DNA of 64,000 nucleotides from Selaginella moellendorffii (lineage: Eukaryota; Plantae; Lycopodiophyta). Where the stretch lies: contig NW_003314316.1 of assembly GCF_000143415.4 (NCBI RefSeq), forward strand, positions 688,669 through 752,668. Direction: 5' to 3'. Positions 13,307 through 25,579 of the stretch are shown here, piece by piece (position 1 is the first letter of the stretch; every line of letters begins with the position of its first letter). The position numbers and the translations under genes are program-made. The notes under the pieces are model-generated. The model saw nothing but the letters and a program-made list of their open reading frames with translations, searched no databases and was not told where the DNA came from.

Positions 13307-13735
13307 TCGGACTCGGACTCGAGCTTCAACTCGGACTCGGACTCGGTCTCGGTCCCGGTTTCGGACTCGAACTCCGTCTCGGTCTCGGTCTCGGTCTCGG
13401 GTCCATCTCGGACTCCATCTTGGACTCCATCTCGGGTCCATCTCGGACTCCATCTCGGACTCCATCTCGGGTCCATCTCGGACTCCATCTCGGGTCCATC
13501 TCGGGCCCATCTCGGGTCCATCTCGGGTCCATCTCGGACTCCATCTCAGACTCCATCTCGGGTCCATCTCAGACTCCATCTTGGACTCCATCTCGGGTCC
13601 ATCTCGGACTCCATCTCGGGTCCATCTCAGACTCCATCTCGGACTCCATCTCAGGTCCATCTCGGGTCCATCTCGGGTTCCATCTCGGACTCCATCTCGG
13701 GTCCATCTCAGACTCCATCTCGGGTCCATCTCGGA
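13307..13735. repeat. CTCGGW hexamer run plus longer 11/12-bp minisatellite (roughly 29 cores) in LTR
   Basis: Read directly. Confidence 0.95.
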
Positions 13736-13967
13736 CACTTCCACATGTCATGTGTTGGTCTTTTTGGGTCCCTTTTTGGAGCCTCGCTTATTGCTTGCTT
13801 CGTGCTCATTCCTCGAGCACTTCGTTGGGAGTTCCACTCCCGCTCTTGACTTTTCAAGTCAGAGCTTTTGGTCCAAACATGTTACGCTCGTTTGGCTCTC
13901 GCTTCGGCCACTACCACATGGCGCCCTTCCGGCTCCACTTTGGGGCTTAGGGATTTTGTGTCTCACA

Positions 13968-14932
13968 CTCAACTTCAAACAACTAAGTTAAACATCACTA
14001 TCCTCAACCAAGGCACAAGGTTATCTAGGCCAAATTAAGATCAGTGAGAGCTCACTACTCTCATATAATCTAATGAAATGCAAAGTGCAATCTGCTACTT
14101 AGCATAACACTACAGAAGAAAGGCACAAGGGTCACATTTCTAGAAAAGTGCAACAACCACTTTCCTACACCAACTGCAAACTGTATTTAACTCAATTGCC
14201 TTAACCCCAAAAGTCAATATCCCTTTCGAGCTGCATTATACAAACTATCTACTAAAATCTAAGTTAACCAAAATCAACTTTAACCCTTCACTAGTTTGTA
14301 CTGACTTATGAAAATGAAATGGTTTTCGAGCAAAATAATCAATAGATCAGGCATTGGAAAATCTTAAGAAAATTTGTGGAAAATTTTCCATCCTAGAGAA
14401 AAAATGACTCTCAATTTAAAAATATAAAATTTCAAAACTCAACCAACTTTCTCCTACTAACAACTTCATATAGGTTCACCTCAACATAAATTCTGATGAG
14501 CCAACAACATGCTTGTATTTCCAACATCCGACACTGATATTTGCAAAATTCAAAATGAACATCCAAGACTTGATCATAAAGACCATATCTTCAGATATCC
14601 ACATCACATTAACACTCTTTTTTAGCAACCTTTAAGATCCAATGTGAAGCTAAAACACTAACAAAAAAAATGACATGAAAAATCAAAGTCTAAGGAAAAT
14701 TCTTTATCACTCGAAACTACAATGCCATTTCCACTAACACAAATACTAGCAATATCAATGTCTTAACTTCACACCTTCTCTATCCAATAATCTATTTTAA
14801 GTGGTAACAAATAAACCAACAAGCTATAACAAGTTAATGTTATAACCCTTTCCAACACTTTATGGGCAAACCTTCAAAGAAACAAAGTACCAATTTAAGC
14901 TTAACATAATGGATCACTATTGAGAATCCAAT
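13968..14932. repeat. AT-rich dispersed repeat, inverted homolog of ~50686-51650 (unclassified TE relic)
   Basis: Reverse complement aligns by eye at both ends (e.g. 14821-14932 vs 50686-50797). Confidence 0.7.
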
Positions 14933-15780
14933 CAAAGCTACGATAATATTATTACTTGCAAGTAAATTAGTTTCACCATCAACCACTTTAGGATTGATCA
15001 TTGTTTGACCAAACAACTTTGTAAACACATTGCTCATTATCACATGAATATGATATAAGTAAGTATCACAATGATTTGATCATCAATTGAACAACACCAT
15101 AACAATGTCAATATCATTACTTCAAATGTTTATGTGAGTATCAAGTGCTAACTTGATTTAACAAAATACAATATAAATGCCACACCCTATTGATAGAGAT
15201 TTACAACACTTAACACCACTAACTTTTGTTCACAATAGGAATAAGCTCATGCCATTCTTTATTTGATTAAACTCAAAACTAATCCAACACCAAGCTACTC
15301 AAAGAGTAATAACAAAATTCCCCATAAAAGAATTGAGCATTGTAACCCAAATCTTCAATAGTAAGCCTAAACAAAATGGTTTAGTGCTTCATCACTATCC
15401 ATCCTATGACTCACCACTTGTAAAACCATCATAACTAACATACATCAAGATAGGGGCTTTTGATTACATAATGTGAACACGAGCAATGAGTTAACACCTC
15501 ATTGCAAATCATCTCTCCAAGAAGAGAAAATGATTTACGTGTTTGATCTTTTGTCCCTGATAACTCTCTTTTCAATCTCATTTTTGACCAAACCTTAAGT
15601 TTGCTTTTGCACTACTTTCAGTCTAATCCAAGAAAAGTTTATAAGAGAGCACGGCAATGACAACTTAAACCAATAGACTAATCCCTATAATCTTGATTGA
15701 TCCACTTATAATCATGCCTAGGAAGGAGCCATTAGTGCCGTATTAAACAGCTATGGACCAATCTATTTGCCACTCATAGC

Positions 15781-16165
15781 TATGAGACACAAATCCCTAA
15801 GCCCCAAAGTGGAGCCGAAAGAGTGCCACGTGGTAGTGGCTGAAATGGAAACCAAATGAGTGTAACACGTTTGGACTAAAAACTTTGACTTGGATAGTTG
15901 AGAGTGGGAGTGGAACTCCTAACGAAGTGTTCAAGGAACAAGCACGAAGCATATAGTAAGTGAGTCTCTAGAAAAGGGACACAAGAGGACCAACATATGG
16001 CACATGGAAAAGTTTGAGATGGAGTTTGAGATGGACCCGAGATGGAATCTGAGGTCAAGATTGAGACTAAAACCAAGACCAAGGTCAAGACTGAGACCGA
16101 GACCGAGATTGAGGCCGAGACCGAGACCAAGGCCTAGACCAAGACCGAGGCCAAGACCGAGACCT
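15781..16165 (+). mobile_element. Truncated family A LTR fragment (U3 end plus decayed repeats)
   Basis: Starts TATGAGACACAAATCCCTAAGCCCC (consensus TGTGAGACAC); CCGAGA repeats. Confidence 0.75.
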
Positions 16166-17215
16166 TTCCAATTTGCTAACTTACCTTGTTTATTTGACCA
16201 CCTTGGCCTTGGCCTTAATTAAGTTCCCTCATCAAGGTCCCCACCTATTGTACTAGCTCCTACTTGGTCCTACTTGGTAGCAATAACTCACTGCATAAGT
16301 AATAAAGTGTTATCCATCCATCCATAGTCTCCCAAATTTTCTCCCAATTCCCTTCCCCGGGTTAGATTAGACTTAAGGTTTAGCTACACTCCCTACAGGC
16401 ACAAGTAGTCAAACACACCAAGCCTCCAGATTCCTAACATCCCTTGGTACAACAAGACTTGATCATGGGACCCTTTAAATCTCAAGCCTCGGGTGCAACA
16501 ATTGCCCCGGGACACCAAGGGGAAACACCATGGCCTAACGCCCTGGCATGGGTACCCTTACTCCCCCACTTCCATCATGAAGGGAAGGCCCAAGCCCTTA
16601 GGAAGGGCAAGGACCAATGAGCCACAAGGTACTCAAGTGGGGCACTGCTCCACATGAGTCAAGAGCATTGCAGTCAGTTTCCTTTCCAGGAGTGGGAGTT
16701 GCTCTTGAGCACTTCCATGGGTGGCCCTTCCGACACCACTTGAGTCCATACTCACTCCCACCCAAGACCCCTCAACCCCAATCTCAACCTCAAGTCAGTT
16801 TGGAAGCACCACTGGAAAGTTCCTTCAAGACTAGTTCTTGGACCTCACTATCCCTACTATACTTTTGGAACCCCCTACAACTCCCCTTTGGGAGACACAT
16901 GCTTTGGGCCTTCACCCCACAACCTGTATTAGTATTCGGACTTAGTCTCAAACTTGATCTTGAACTCAGTCTTGGACTCGATCTTCGACTTGGTCTTGGA
17001 CACGATCTCGGACCCAATCTCGGACTCTATCTCGAACTCGGTCTCGTACTCAATCTCGAACTCCGTCTTGGACCCAATCTCAGATTTTGGACTTGGTTTC
17101 AATCTTAGTCTCGAACTCGGTCTCGAACTCGATCTCGGAGTTTGTCTCAGACTCGATCTTGGACTCGGTCTCGAACTCAATCTTAGAGTCAGTCTTAGAC
17201 TTGATCTTATCCGAT
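16166..17215 (-). mobile_element. Decayed LTR-element fragment of a related family with the shared PPT/LTR-start motif and hexamer repeat (~16945-17210)
   Basis: CTATACTTTTGGAACCCCC...GCTTTGGGCCTTCACCCC at ~16856-16918 followed by CTCGRW repeats. Confidence 0.55.
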
Positions 17216-20140
17216 GAACTCTTTATCATATTGGTCATGTTTTCAGGGATCTTTTAGCCTTTGACACCTTAGTGAGTTGGTTCCTTACATCACAGTCCAC
17301 AGACCAAATAAAAAATGACATTGACGACTTTCGCAATATTCACAATGATGCAATGCAATTAGAAAAATAATCAACAAAACAACCGAGATACTTTACCTTG
17401 CCCAGGAAGTGTTGCATATCATTCATACACTTCAGGGTAGGGAACTTTAGAATGGCCATAAGTTTGTCAAGATTAATTTGAAAACCCTCACGAGAAATAT
17501 GGTACCCAAGATATATCGTGTCTTTAAACTCAAACACACACTTTAACCACTTCAACTTTAAACCAACTTTCTATAACTAATCCAACACGTTACAAATATT
17601 ACAAACGTATTCCTCTCATGCCCCTTCGAGTGGATCAAGACATCATCGATGAAGTCAACAATGACCTCTGGCATATCATAAAGAACCCCATCCATCATCC
17701 ATTAAAAAATTGTTGGAACATTGTTCAAACCAAACGACATCACCAAGAACTCCTACAAACTAAATAGTGTACAAAAAGAAATTTTAAGAATATCTTCTTT
17801 GGCCATCTGTATTTGCTAATACTCTGAAGCAAGATCTAACTTGGTGAACCAATGAGTTCTCCTTAGACAATCCAAGAAATAAGCAATGTAAGGAAGAGGG
17901 TACATATTCGGGATTGTCACTTCGTTTAATAAATGATAGTCAATGCAGAAACAAATACTCTTATCAAGTTTCATCACAAGATGGGGTTCACACGCTTAAG
18001 AACTTTGTAACTTTTAAATAACAGTATTTTCTAACATCTTCTTAATGTTTGCATATAAAATTTTGATCTCTTTGGGTGACCAAAAATGAATAGAAACCTT
18101 AATTGGACGAGCATCCCCAGTTAAAATAGGATGAAATATTGCAATTTTAGCCCTAGATGATAAATCAAATTCAAAGAGATTGGTATACTCCTTCATGAGT
18201 TGGTTAACTGCTACAACATAAAGACTGTCAAAAGGATAGAAGAAAGATAAGACAGAAATATAAGAGGAAGTAATGGGGAGACAAAAGTGAAAGGTAATAA
18301 AGTGAAAGGAAAAAATATAAAAAAGTATGAGATAAGGGGGAGAAGCTTCAAAGTCACACTCAACATAATTACACTGTAACTAATTTATAACAAGGATGGG
18401 GTCAAAAGTTTAACTCGGCACCACCCTACAATGATTGCAACTCAAACTCGAGATCGTCTATATGCATAACCAAATTTGCCTCATCCCATGCACATGCATA
18501 TGTATTGCCATTGCCATAAAAAATGAAAACTGGCTCTGCTACACAATGTAAATATAGACGATAACATATGGCAATAGGCCGAGCAATAGAAAATAAACTC
18601 AAATTTGTATCAACCAACACAAAGACAATAATAGAAGATCTCTTTTTTATAAACGAACTTGGAAAGTAAACACTAAATGAACTGGTGCCGAGTGAAACCC
18701 TTGATGATACTCCTGAAAAGAAGATGGAGGGGTCACTAACTTTTATTTGTGCAAGATCTTTCCATTACTCATGTGACTCTTTGTTTCCCAACAATATAGC
18801 ATCTCAGTGTCCAAACCTTCCACTACAACAACATTAACAGAATGTTGTTGATGCCAATGTCTCCACCTAGGAACTAGAGGTTGCCACTTTGGAAACACCA
18901 ACAACGTCAATAAGTGTGACCAACTTCATCATATGCTTAGCAGTAGACATCACGGCCATGGCCACAACCATGTCCTCGCTTTTGTCATTGAATTTGGGTA
19001 ATAATAGCATCAATCTCCATTGGAACATGACCATCTCCCATAGAAAGTGGGGCTGAAGGATGTGTAGCAAAAAGTGGAACAAATGACATCTCATAATGAT
19101 GTGCCAAACAAAGAGCATTGTCAAGGGTGGTTGGAGCAAATGCATACACAAGTTCTACAAGATTTTAATGAAGTATTGACCATAACATTATTAACTTGAT
19201 CTGCTCCAATATATTTGGCTCTGTATGAGGCTATAAAAATGAATGCCAAATTACATCACCAATTCAAGTAGCCCTTGACAAAGACAATTCAATTGTTGGA
19301 AGACATCATCACAATCGTCAGCAAAACGAAAACATCTAGGAGAATACTCTAATCCACACGAGTGGTTGCGCTTAAGCCATTTGTAAACTCTTGAATTTGG
19401 ACCCTATAGATTGTCTCTCAAGTCATTCTCTTTAATTACTTATAATCTACCACACTTTCCTTCAAGTTCATGCCTTCGTGAACGAAAGGTCTTGAATGTA
19501 AACTCCTGAATTTAAACTTCCCAAGAGGTCACCCAACCTAATACTATTCAAACCCAATAACATTTAACCCCAAATATCCTAAAACTCTTAACCAATTGAA
19601 AAAAAAAGGATGCACTCTTATTCATGTTCCCTTTATATTTGAACTTTATAGATCATCTCTCAAGTTGTTTTTTTTTGTTGCTTACACAATTATACCACTG
19701 CAACATTACATGGAAAATTCATATAAATGCCAAACTATATCCCAAGAATAATATATCACAATCGCTATAAAGTGATCAAACCAATGGTATATATCATCCT
19801 TAGGATTCCCACGGAAGAACTCTGGCTGGATATAAGGATTGGCAGCAAGAGCAAGAGAAATTGTATCATGCGTTGTGAATATTGCTATCAACTGAATTTG
19901 GTTGTTCAATTTTAATTGCATATCATCAAGCAATTGCACCAACTACAACTCCAAAGTCAAAAGAGAAGGAAATTGCTACTTTGCCATGAAGATGAATGAA
20001 AAAGGAAAGAATAAAAAAAAAAGAAATAGAAAAAGTTAGAAGAATAAGAAGATCTAGATAATGCAAACCTAAATCTAAACTAAAATCCCAAATTTAAGTA
20101 CTTCTTAGGGACAATTAAAGTTGCCCTTCACCTCCACTAA
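17216..20140 (-). mobile_element. Degenerate Ty3/Gypsy gag-protease-RT relic (left duplicate)
   Basis: RT motifs YPLP, FTKLDLAS, FGLNN, FIDD, YLGYHIS, HFLG; protease LVDT; gag-like PEFFRG; many stops. Confidence 0.85.
19382..19686 (-). mobile_element. Cassandra-like TRIM: full LTR 19497-19686 with 5S rRNA-derived core, 52-bp internal domain, internally deleted LTR 19382-19444
   Basis: TSD CCATT/CAATT; empty site at ~45363-45367; 5S-like CTTCCCAAGAGGTCACCCAACCTAATACTA; PPT-like GAAGGAAAGTGTGGTAGA. Confidence 0.8.
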
Positions 20141-20409
20141 TATGAGTGTATGGAATACGAAAATTGAATATAAAAATATATATATCAATAAACCCAAAAA
20201 CCTTAGTTTATATACAGTAGTGATTGAAACCAATCTACTAGCTACTAAAATCCCACTATGCTAATATTAATATACAATATCAAAATTGTACATCTAAATT
20301 TTCATTATCTTTTATTTTAGGGTTTTAGTTTAAAAATTTTTGGCTGATAAAACTTGCAGAATATACAAAGTTCTGTCGGGCGTGAGCAAGGGAGGGCATT
20401 CTTGGAGCC

Positions 20410-20912
20410 ATGGTGGCGGGCGCACCTCTGGATTTTCGATTCCTCGACGAGGGGCTAGGCGGCGCCAAGAACAAGAAGCGCAAGCGCGATGCCGATCAGG
20501 TGGCGATTGATGTGGAGGACCAGCAGCAGGAGGAGAAGCGGCAGGCGATGGCTGAGGGAGATTCCAGGCCCGTCTACGGTAAGCCCAGCTACGACGCGTG
20601 ATCGCAGGGAAGGTGTCGGGGCACAAGTGGAAGGAGGTGAAGACGTGCCGCGCGTCAGCGCTGCGGGTGAGCGTCGAGGGCAGCAGCCTGGAGGAGCGCG
20701 CCACAAGCGCATCGCGGCGGAGTTCCGGGAGCGCAAGCAGCAGCTCAAGGAGCAAATCCGGGCCAACAAGAAAGAGGCTGGAGGACTACAAGAAGAGGAA
20801 GGAGGAAAACGTTAAGAAGTCGGGTTTGAAGCTCCAGAAGGTGACCAACCTCAAGAAACTCCAGAAAATGTCCAAGAGGGAAAAGAAGAAATTGGTGACC
20901 GTGGCAGAGTAG
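20410..20912 (+). pseudogene. CCDC86/CGR1-like nucleolar coiled-coil protein, frameshifted pseudogene (left duplicate)
   Basis: LDFRFLDEGLGG, GKPSYD, IAGKVSG.KWK, KLQKVTN motifs split over different frames. Confidence 0.8.
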
Positions 20913-21707
20913 TAGTTTGGTGGCACAGCACGGCAATTAAAGGTGGCAGTGTGTCGCACAGATCTGCGAGAGAGTAAGTGCTAGACTCGATTGTTAGATC
21001 GATCGATAGTTTTATTTTTTCTCTCCTGTTTTTTGTCGCTTTAATTCCTTGTTGTTGGCTGAGAAGGACCAGAGATTATCGCCGGGCTCTTCTCTCAGAC
21101 CGATCTGCAAAGATTTTGCAAAGAAAGAAAAAACAATTCTAGAGCCTCGGATGTTGCAGTAGATGGAAGGCCCAGCTACTCATGCAAGTGAGCTACAGTG
21201 GTGTTGATTTCCTCAACGTTTGCGAACAGCTCTTCTCCACTCGGTACTTGACTTTCGGCCTGGTCGATTTGGCTCGGCTCGGCTGCTTTAAAGGTTTCTA
21301 ATGGTTTCCTGGACTGTTTCGGATCGTATTGGATTGGACGGACTGACAAAATCCTCCCTAGAGTGTTGGAACCCGAGAGCAAGTCGAGAACGTTGGACAA
21401 GCAAGAAACCTTACATCCGGTTAGAAGCAAGCAGGAAAGCAACGCAGCAACGACAGACAAATTCGTTAACTTTTCATTAGATGTACACAATAATTAGCCA
21501 GGCAGCAGCAGCAGCAGCAGCACAGGGAAGAAGGAAAAAACAAGAAGAGCTGGATGATGTCGAGAAAAATGGACTAACCCACAAGAGATCTTGAAAACTT
21601 TGAACATCCCGCCCCGCGTTCTGAGAAAAAGGAAGAAGGAGCTGAAAGGAAACAAGAAGGAACAGGAAGTGTGTGCTCGCTTGATCGGGCTAGCGAGTTA
21701 GCGTAGC

Positions 21708-23876
21708 TCAGAAACTGGGCGTTCCGGACCAGCCATCGAGACACTTCAACAAGGGAGCAACAAGCTTCCCCTGGCAGATGGCATCGTAGACTTTGGTGAA
21801 GTCCTCGCCGGGCGTTCCACTCTTGGTCCCCATGAGCAGCGCAGTTCCAGCACCTTTCCTCACAAACTCATACAGCGGCGCCGAGGCACAGTCGAAGATC
21901 CGGTTTGGCAGCACCGCGTTACCGCTCTCGTACGCCTCCCTGGCCGCCGGGACCTCGACACTCAACGCCGCCTTGAGCTCCTCCTCGAACAGCCCGATCT
22001 TGTGCAACACCGAGGAGCTCGTCTCCTTCTCGTCCCCGATGTTCTTCAAGGCGTGCTCGACGAGAACCTGGCGGAGCTTCTGCATGAGCGGGTATCCAGC
22101 GCTGGCCGGATCATCGATGTAGGTGAAGACGTGCTGGTTGTCCACCACGGACAGGAGCTCCTTCTCGCAGAGGCGCGACGGCAGCAGCGCTCCGGCAGCC
22201 CCGGTGGTGAGCGTATTCTTAACGGCGTGAGAGACGGTCTGCTTCACGGTGGCTTGCAAGTTCTCCTCGAGGTGGCGGAGGTCGATGGCCTGGCACAATG
22301 CCACCAGATACGTCGACGACATGAGCTTGAGGATGTCGAGAGCTTCCACCGTCTTGCGAGCCGAGACGAGGCCGAGAGAGTTCACGTCCTGGTTGTGCTG
22401 CTCGGCGCTCTGGACGTGGGTGGTGACCGGGTTGGCCAGGTACTGGAGCTCCGAGGTGTACGAGGCCATGGCGATCTCGGCACCTTTGAAACCATAGTCC
22501 AAGCTTGGGTTGGATCCGCCGCTCAAGTTGGAAGGCAGGCCGTTGTTGTAGAAGTCATTGACGAGCTCCGAGAACTGCGCGAACATGAGCTTCCCGATGG
22601 CCGCCACCGCCAGGCGCAAGTTATCCATGGACACACCGATGGGCGTCCCCTGGAAGTTGCCGCCGTGGAGGGCCTTGTCGCGAGCAACGTCGATGATCGG
22701 GTTGTCATTCACGGAGTTGATCTCGCGCTGGATGGAGTGAGTGGCGTGGCGGATGACCTCGATCTGGGGGCCGAGCCACTGCGGGGAGGTCCGCAGCGCG
22801 TAGCGGTCCTGCTTGGGCTTCTTGAGGGAGTCGGTCTCGTGGAGCTTGGCGGCGGCCTTCATGTAGGAGCTCCCGGCGAGGACGTGCTCCATGATGGCGG
22901 CGGCCTCGATCTGGCCGGGGTGGTGCTTGAGCTTGTGCGTCAGCGGATCCGTGAACTCGGGCTTGCCTTGCATCGCCTCGCAGAACATCGCGGACAGGAT
23001 CTCGGCCAGGAGCGCCAGGACGTTGGCGTCGAAGCAGGCGATGGAGGCCACCGCCGCGCCGACTGCCGTGCCGTTGACGATGGCGAAGCCTTCCTTGGGC
23101 TGGAGCTCGAAGGGCTGCTCCACGCCGACGAGCTTCAGCGCCTCGGTGCTGTTGACGACCTTCCCGTCCGGCAAGACGGCGCGCGCGTTGGATCGGCCGC
23201 TGAGCAGCCCGGCAATGTAGCTGAGAGGGACGAGATCGCCGGAGGCAGTGATCGTCCCGCGGAGTGGGATCCGCGGCACGATGCCCGAGTTGACGAGCTT
23301 CTCCATGGCGGACAGGATCTCCCACCGGATGCCCGAGTAGCCCTGGAGGAGCGTGTTGGTGCGCACCAGCATCGCGCCGCGCGCGAAGGCCAGCGGGAGA
23401 ACGTTGGTCGAATCGTCGTCGCTGAAGATCCCGGCGTTGAGGACGCGGATGAGCTCGCGCTGGAGCCCCACGCCCTGGTTGATCCGGCGGTGGGAGGTGG
23501 CGCCGAATCCAGTCGTGACGCCGAGGATGTCGGTCCCCTTCATCGCATTGTCGAGTACCCAGTTGGAGCTCTCGTCCACCCTCTTCTTGGCGGCGGCGGA
23601 ATCCAAGCGTACCTGGGCACCGCGCTTGGCCACCGCCGCCACCTGGGCGATGGTGAGCGTGGTGCCCTCGATCGGGAAGCTGGGCTTGGCGGCGCCGTAG
23701 ACGGTGTGGGCCATCTCGCGGACCTCCTCGAGGTGGCTACCCGACATCGCCGCCGCGGCCTTCTTCCAGCTGAGGGGATCGGCGGTGTCGTAGCGCGGAG
23801 TGGAATTGGTGGGATCTGGCGACACCCGGACGAGCGGCGAGTAGGAGGAGGTTGTGTCGCTGCCGTTGGCCACCAT
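21708..23876 (-). CDS. PAL: Phenylalanine ammonia-lyase-like (MIO enzyme), intronless, 722 aa; catalytic Tyr replaced by Leu
   Basis: [17 protein letters not shown] (MIO), [41 protein letters not shown]; ATG at 23876. Confidence 0.95.
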   Translation of the reverse strand: MVANGSDTTSSYSPLVRVSPDPTNSTPRYDTADPLSWKKAAAAMSGSHLEEVREMAHTVYGAAKPSFPIEGTTLTIAQVAAVAKRGAQVRLDSAAAKKRVDESSNWVLDNAMKGTDILGVTTGFGATSHRRINQGVGLQRELIRVLNAGIFSDDDSTNVLPLAFARGAMLVRTNTLLQGYSGIRWEILSAMEKLVNSGIVPRIPLRGTITASGDLVPLSYIAGLLSGRSNARAVLPDGKVVNSTEALKLVGVEQPFELQPKEGFAIVNGTAVGAAVASIACFDANVLALLAEILSAMFCEAMQGKPEFTDPLTHKLKHHPGQIEAAAIMEHVLAGSSYMKAAAKLHETDSLKKPKQDRYALRTSPQWLGPQIEVIRHATHSIQREINSVNDNPIIDVARDKALHGGNFQGTPIGVSMDNLRLAVAAIGKLMFAQFSELVNDFYNNGLPSNLSGGSNPSLDYGFKGAEIAMASYTSELQYLANPVTTHVQSAEQHNQDVNSLGLVSARKTVEALDILKLMSSTYLVALCQAIDLRHLEENLQATVKQTVSHAVKNTLTTGAAGALLPSRLCEKELLSVVDNQHVFTYIDDPASAGYPLMQKLRQVLVEHALKNIGDEKETSSSVLHKIGLFEEELKAALSVEVPAAREAYESGNAVLPNRIFDCASAPLYEFVRKGAGTALLMGTKSGTPGEDFTKVYDAICQGKLVAPLLKCLDGWSGTPSF

Positions 23877-24155
23877 TTTCGCTTCTTCCCTGTGAGCTTC
23901 TCCTCGATCGATCGATCGATTGAGGGAGGATTTGTCTAGCTCCTGCAGCAGGGGAGGAATGAGAAGCCCAAATTGAGAGCGCCGGTGCGTGGAATCGATT
24001 GCCCGGCCTTGCCCTGTTCTCCGATCGAATCGCCGCCTCTTTGCTCCGATCGAATCGAATGTTTGCGCTCTTCTTTGTGTGTTCTTCCTCTTCTTTTGTG
24101 CGTTGGAAAAAGAGAGAAGAGAGAACACTGATCTATGCCAGCGTTTGAACTACCC

Positions 24156-24226
24156 TTTATACCCGCGCTGCCGCCCTCGGATGAGGGCCCATCCGACGGC
24201 TGCGCGGTCATGGCCATGGCCATGAC
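24156..24226 (-). promoter_or_regulatory. Putative PAL core promoter: TATAAA (24156-24161) and perfect 20-bp palindrome (24207-24226)
   Basis: Both elements conserved in right copy (50122-50127, 50173-50192). Confidence 0.45.
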
Positions 24227-25579
24227 TGGCATGACGTGGCAGCAAGATGCTCCGAGAATATTCTGGGCTGCGTCCTAACCCCTAGTTCGCTGTAAGAAAT
24301 TAAAACACATGGGCGGTAGAATCCTACCGTACGCACCTCGATTTTCGTACGAACTGTCACCAACCGCGGCGTCCAGGTGGACGACCGGATTGTCAAGTTC
24401 GCGTGGCTGACGGGTGGATGGACTGGTGGGGGCATGGGGGCATGCGGGCTCATGGTGAATATCTATCTTTTTCTTTTCTTTCTTGTGTGTATGTGGGGTT
24501 GTGATGTGCTGCGTGGAGAGACTAGCCACCTCCCCTCTATGTTTCGATCAATCTGAAATGCCTTAAGAGTTATTTGCTTTGGTGGATTGATCCACAGTGT
24601 TTATGCAATATACCTATTATGGTTCTCTAGCATGCATTGTGTAGTTTTCTATCTTCCTTGATTTCCTAGTACCACACGCTTAACAATTAAAGGAACTATT
24701 TGACAGGTGATTTATAATGGTTTAAATATGAAAAGAAGAGGTGTATAAATAAAAGTGCATTTTATTTTTCAATCGATTAAAGGTTTTGAGATATTTTGGG
24801 TTTGAGTAATATTGGGCTAGATGAAGTTTAAATTTAAAATTTTACATTTGGTATCATAGGGATTTTAGGTTTGACTTTGGAAAAGTTTACTATTAATAGT
24901 TTACATCTGGTATCATAATGGTTTTAAGAATTATACCACATGTTGAGATTAAGATCTAGTAAGTTTAGCTTGCTTCTAGCTGGCTCAAGCTAAGGGGTAG
25001 GATGTCACTAAATCTCCTTAAACTCTTAAGTATTAGTCCTAATTTTCAGATCCATATGAGAATCAGCTAACATTACAAGAAGATATTAAATAGCAAAACA
25101 AAATGCTAGAAACACTAGAATTAAGATTAATGTGTTATATGCATGCTAAGATTCAACACAACTCTTGATCCAATGGACAATCAAAAGAGGGTAACATGAA
25201 CAATATGGGATGTTCTACATTCTTCTCATTGTCTCGTTCGTCTTGCTATATCACCCATCTCATCACTTTAGATCAGTCAAGGCCATAAATCAAGTGAAAG
25301 GTGGTGCAACAAAGAAATCCTTGTTGATCTAGTTGTCAAACCCTTATAAAAATCATACATAGATTTTAATAATGTAAATTCTTTTGTAAATACTTTCGTT
25401 GAAACTATTAGTCTCTTGTAGCATTTGCTTGTTAGTGTCAAAGGATTTTAACATTAGAATCAAAACATTTTGACACTTGAGGTATGTTAATGGTGAAGCG
25501 CTCTATGACAATATTGCATGTTACGGAACATAACAAGTGGCTTCAAGTTTTGTGATGGAGTCACTTAGGAGATGGATGG

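Larger units (their letters stand above)
7217..13967 (-). mobile_element. Family A LTR element copy 2: 3' LTR (gap-8234), internal 8235-12277, full 1690-bp 5' LTR 12278-13967
   Basis: TG/CA termini, PBS 12263-12274, PPT 8235-8246; internal region near identical to copy 1. Confidence 0.88.

Noticed and set aside
21176-21490. 104-aa ORF downstream of PAL
   Set aside because: Broken in the paralog and no recognisable domain
22002-23939. 645-aa ORF antisense to PAL (and 642 aa at 47949-49877)
   Set aside because: Shadow of high GC3 codon usage in register with PAL; no recognisable protein motifs
23877-24128. N-terminal extension of PAL in the ORF track
   Set aside because: Frame not conserved in the paralog; composition looks like 5' UTR
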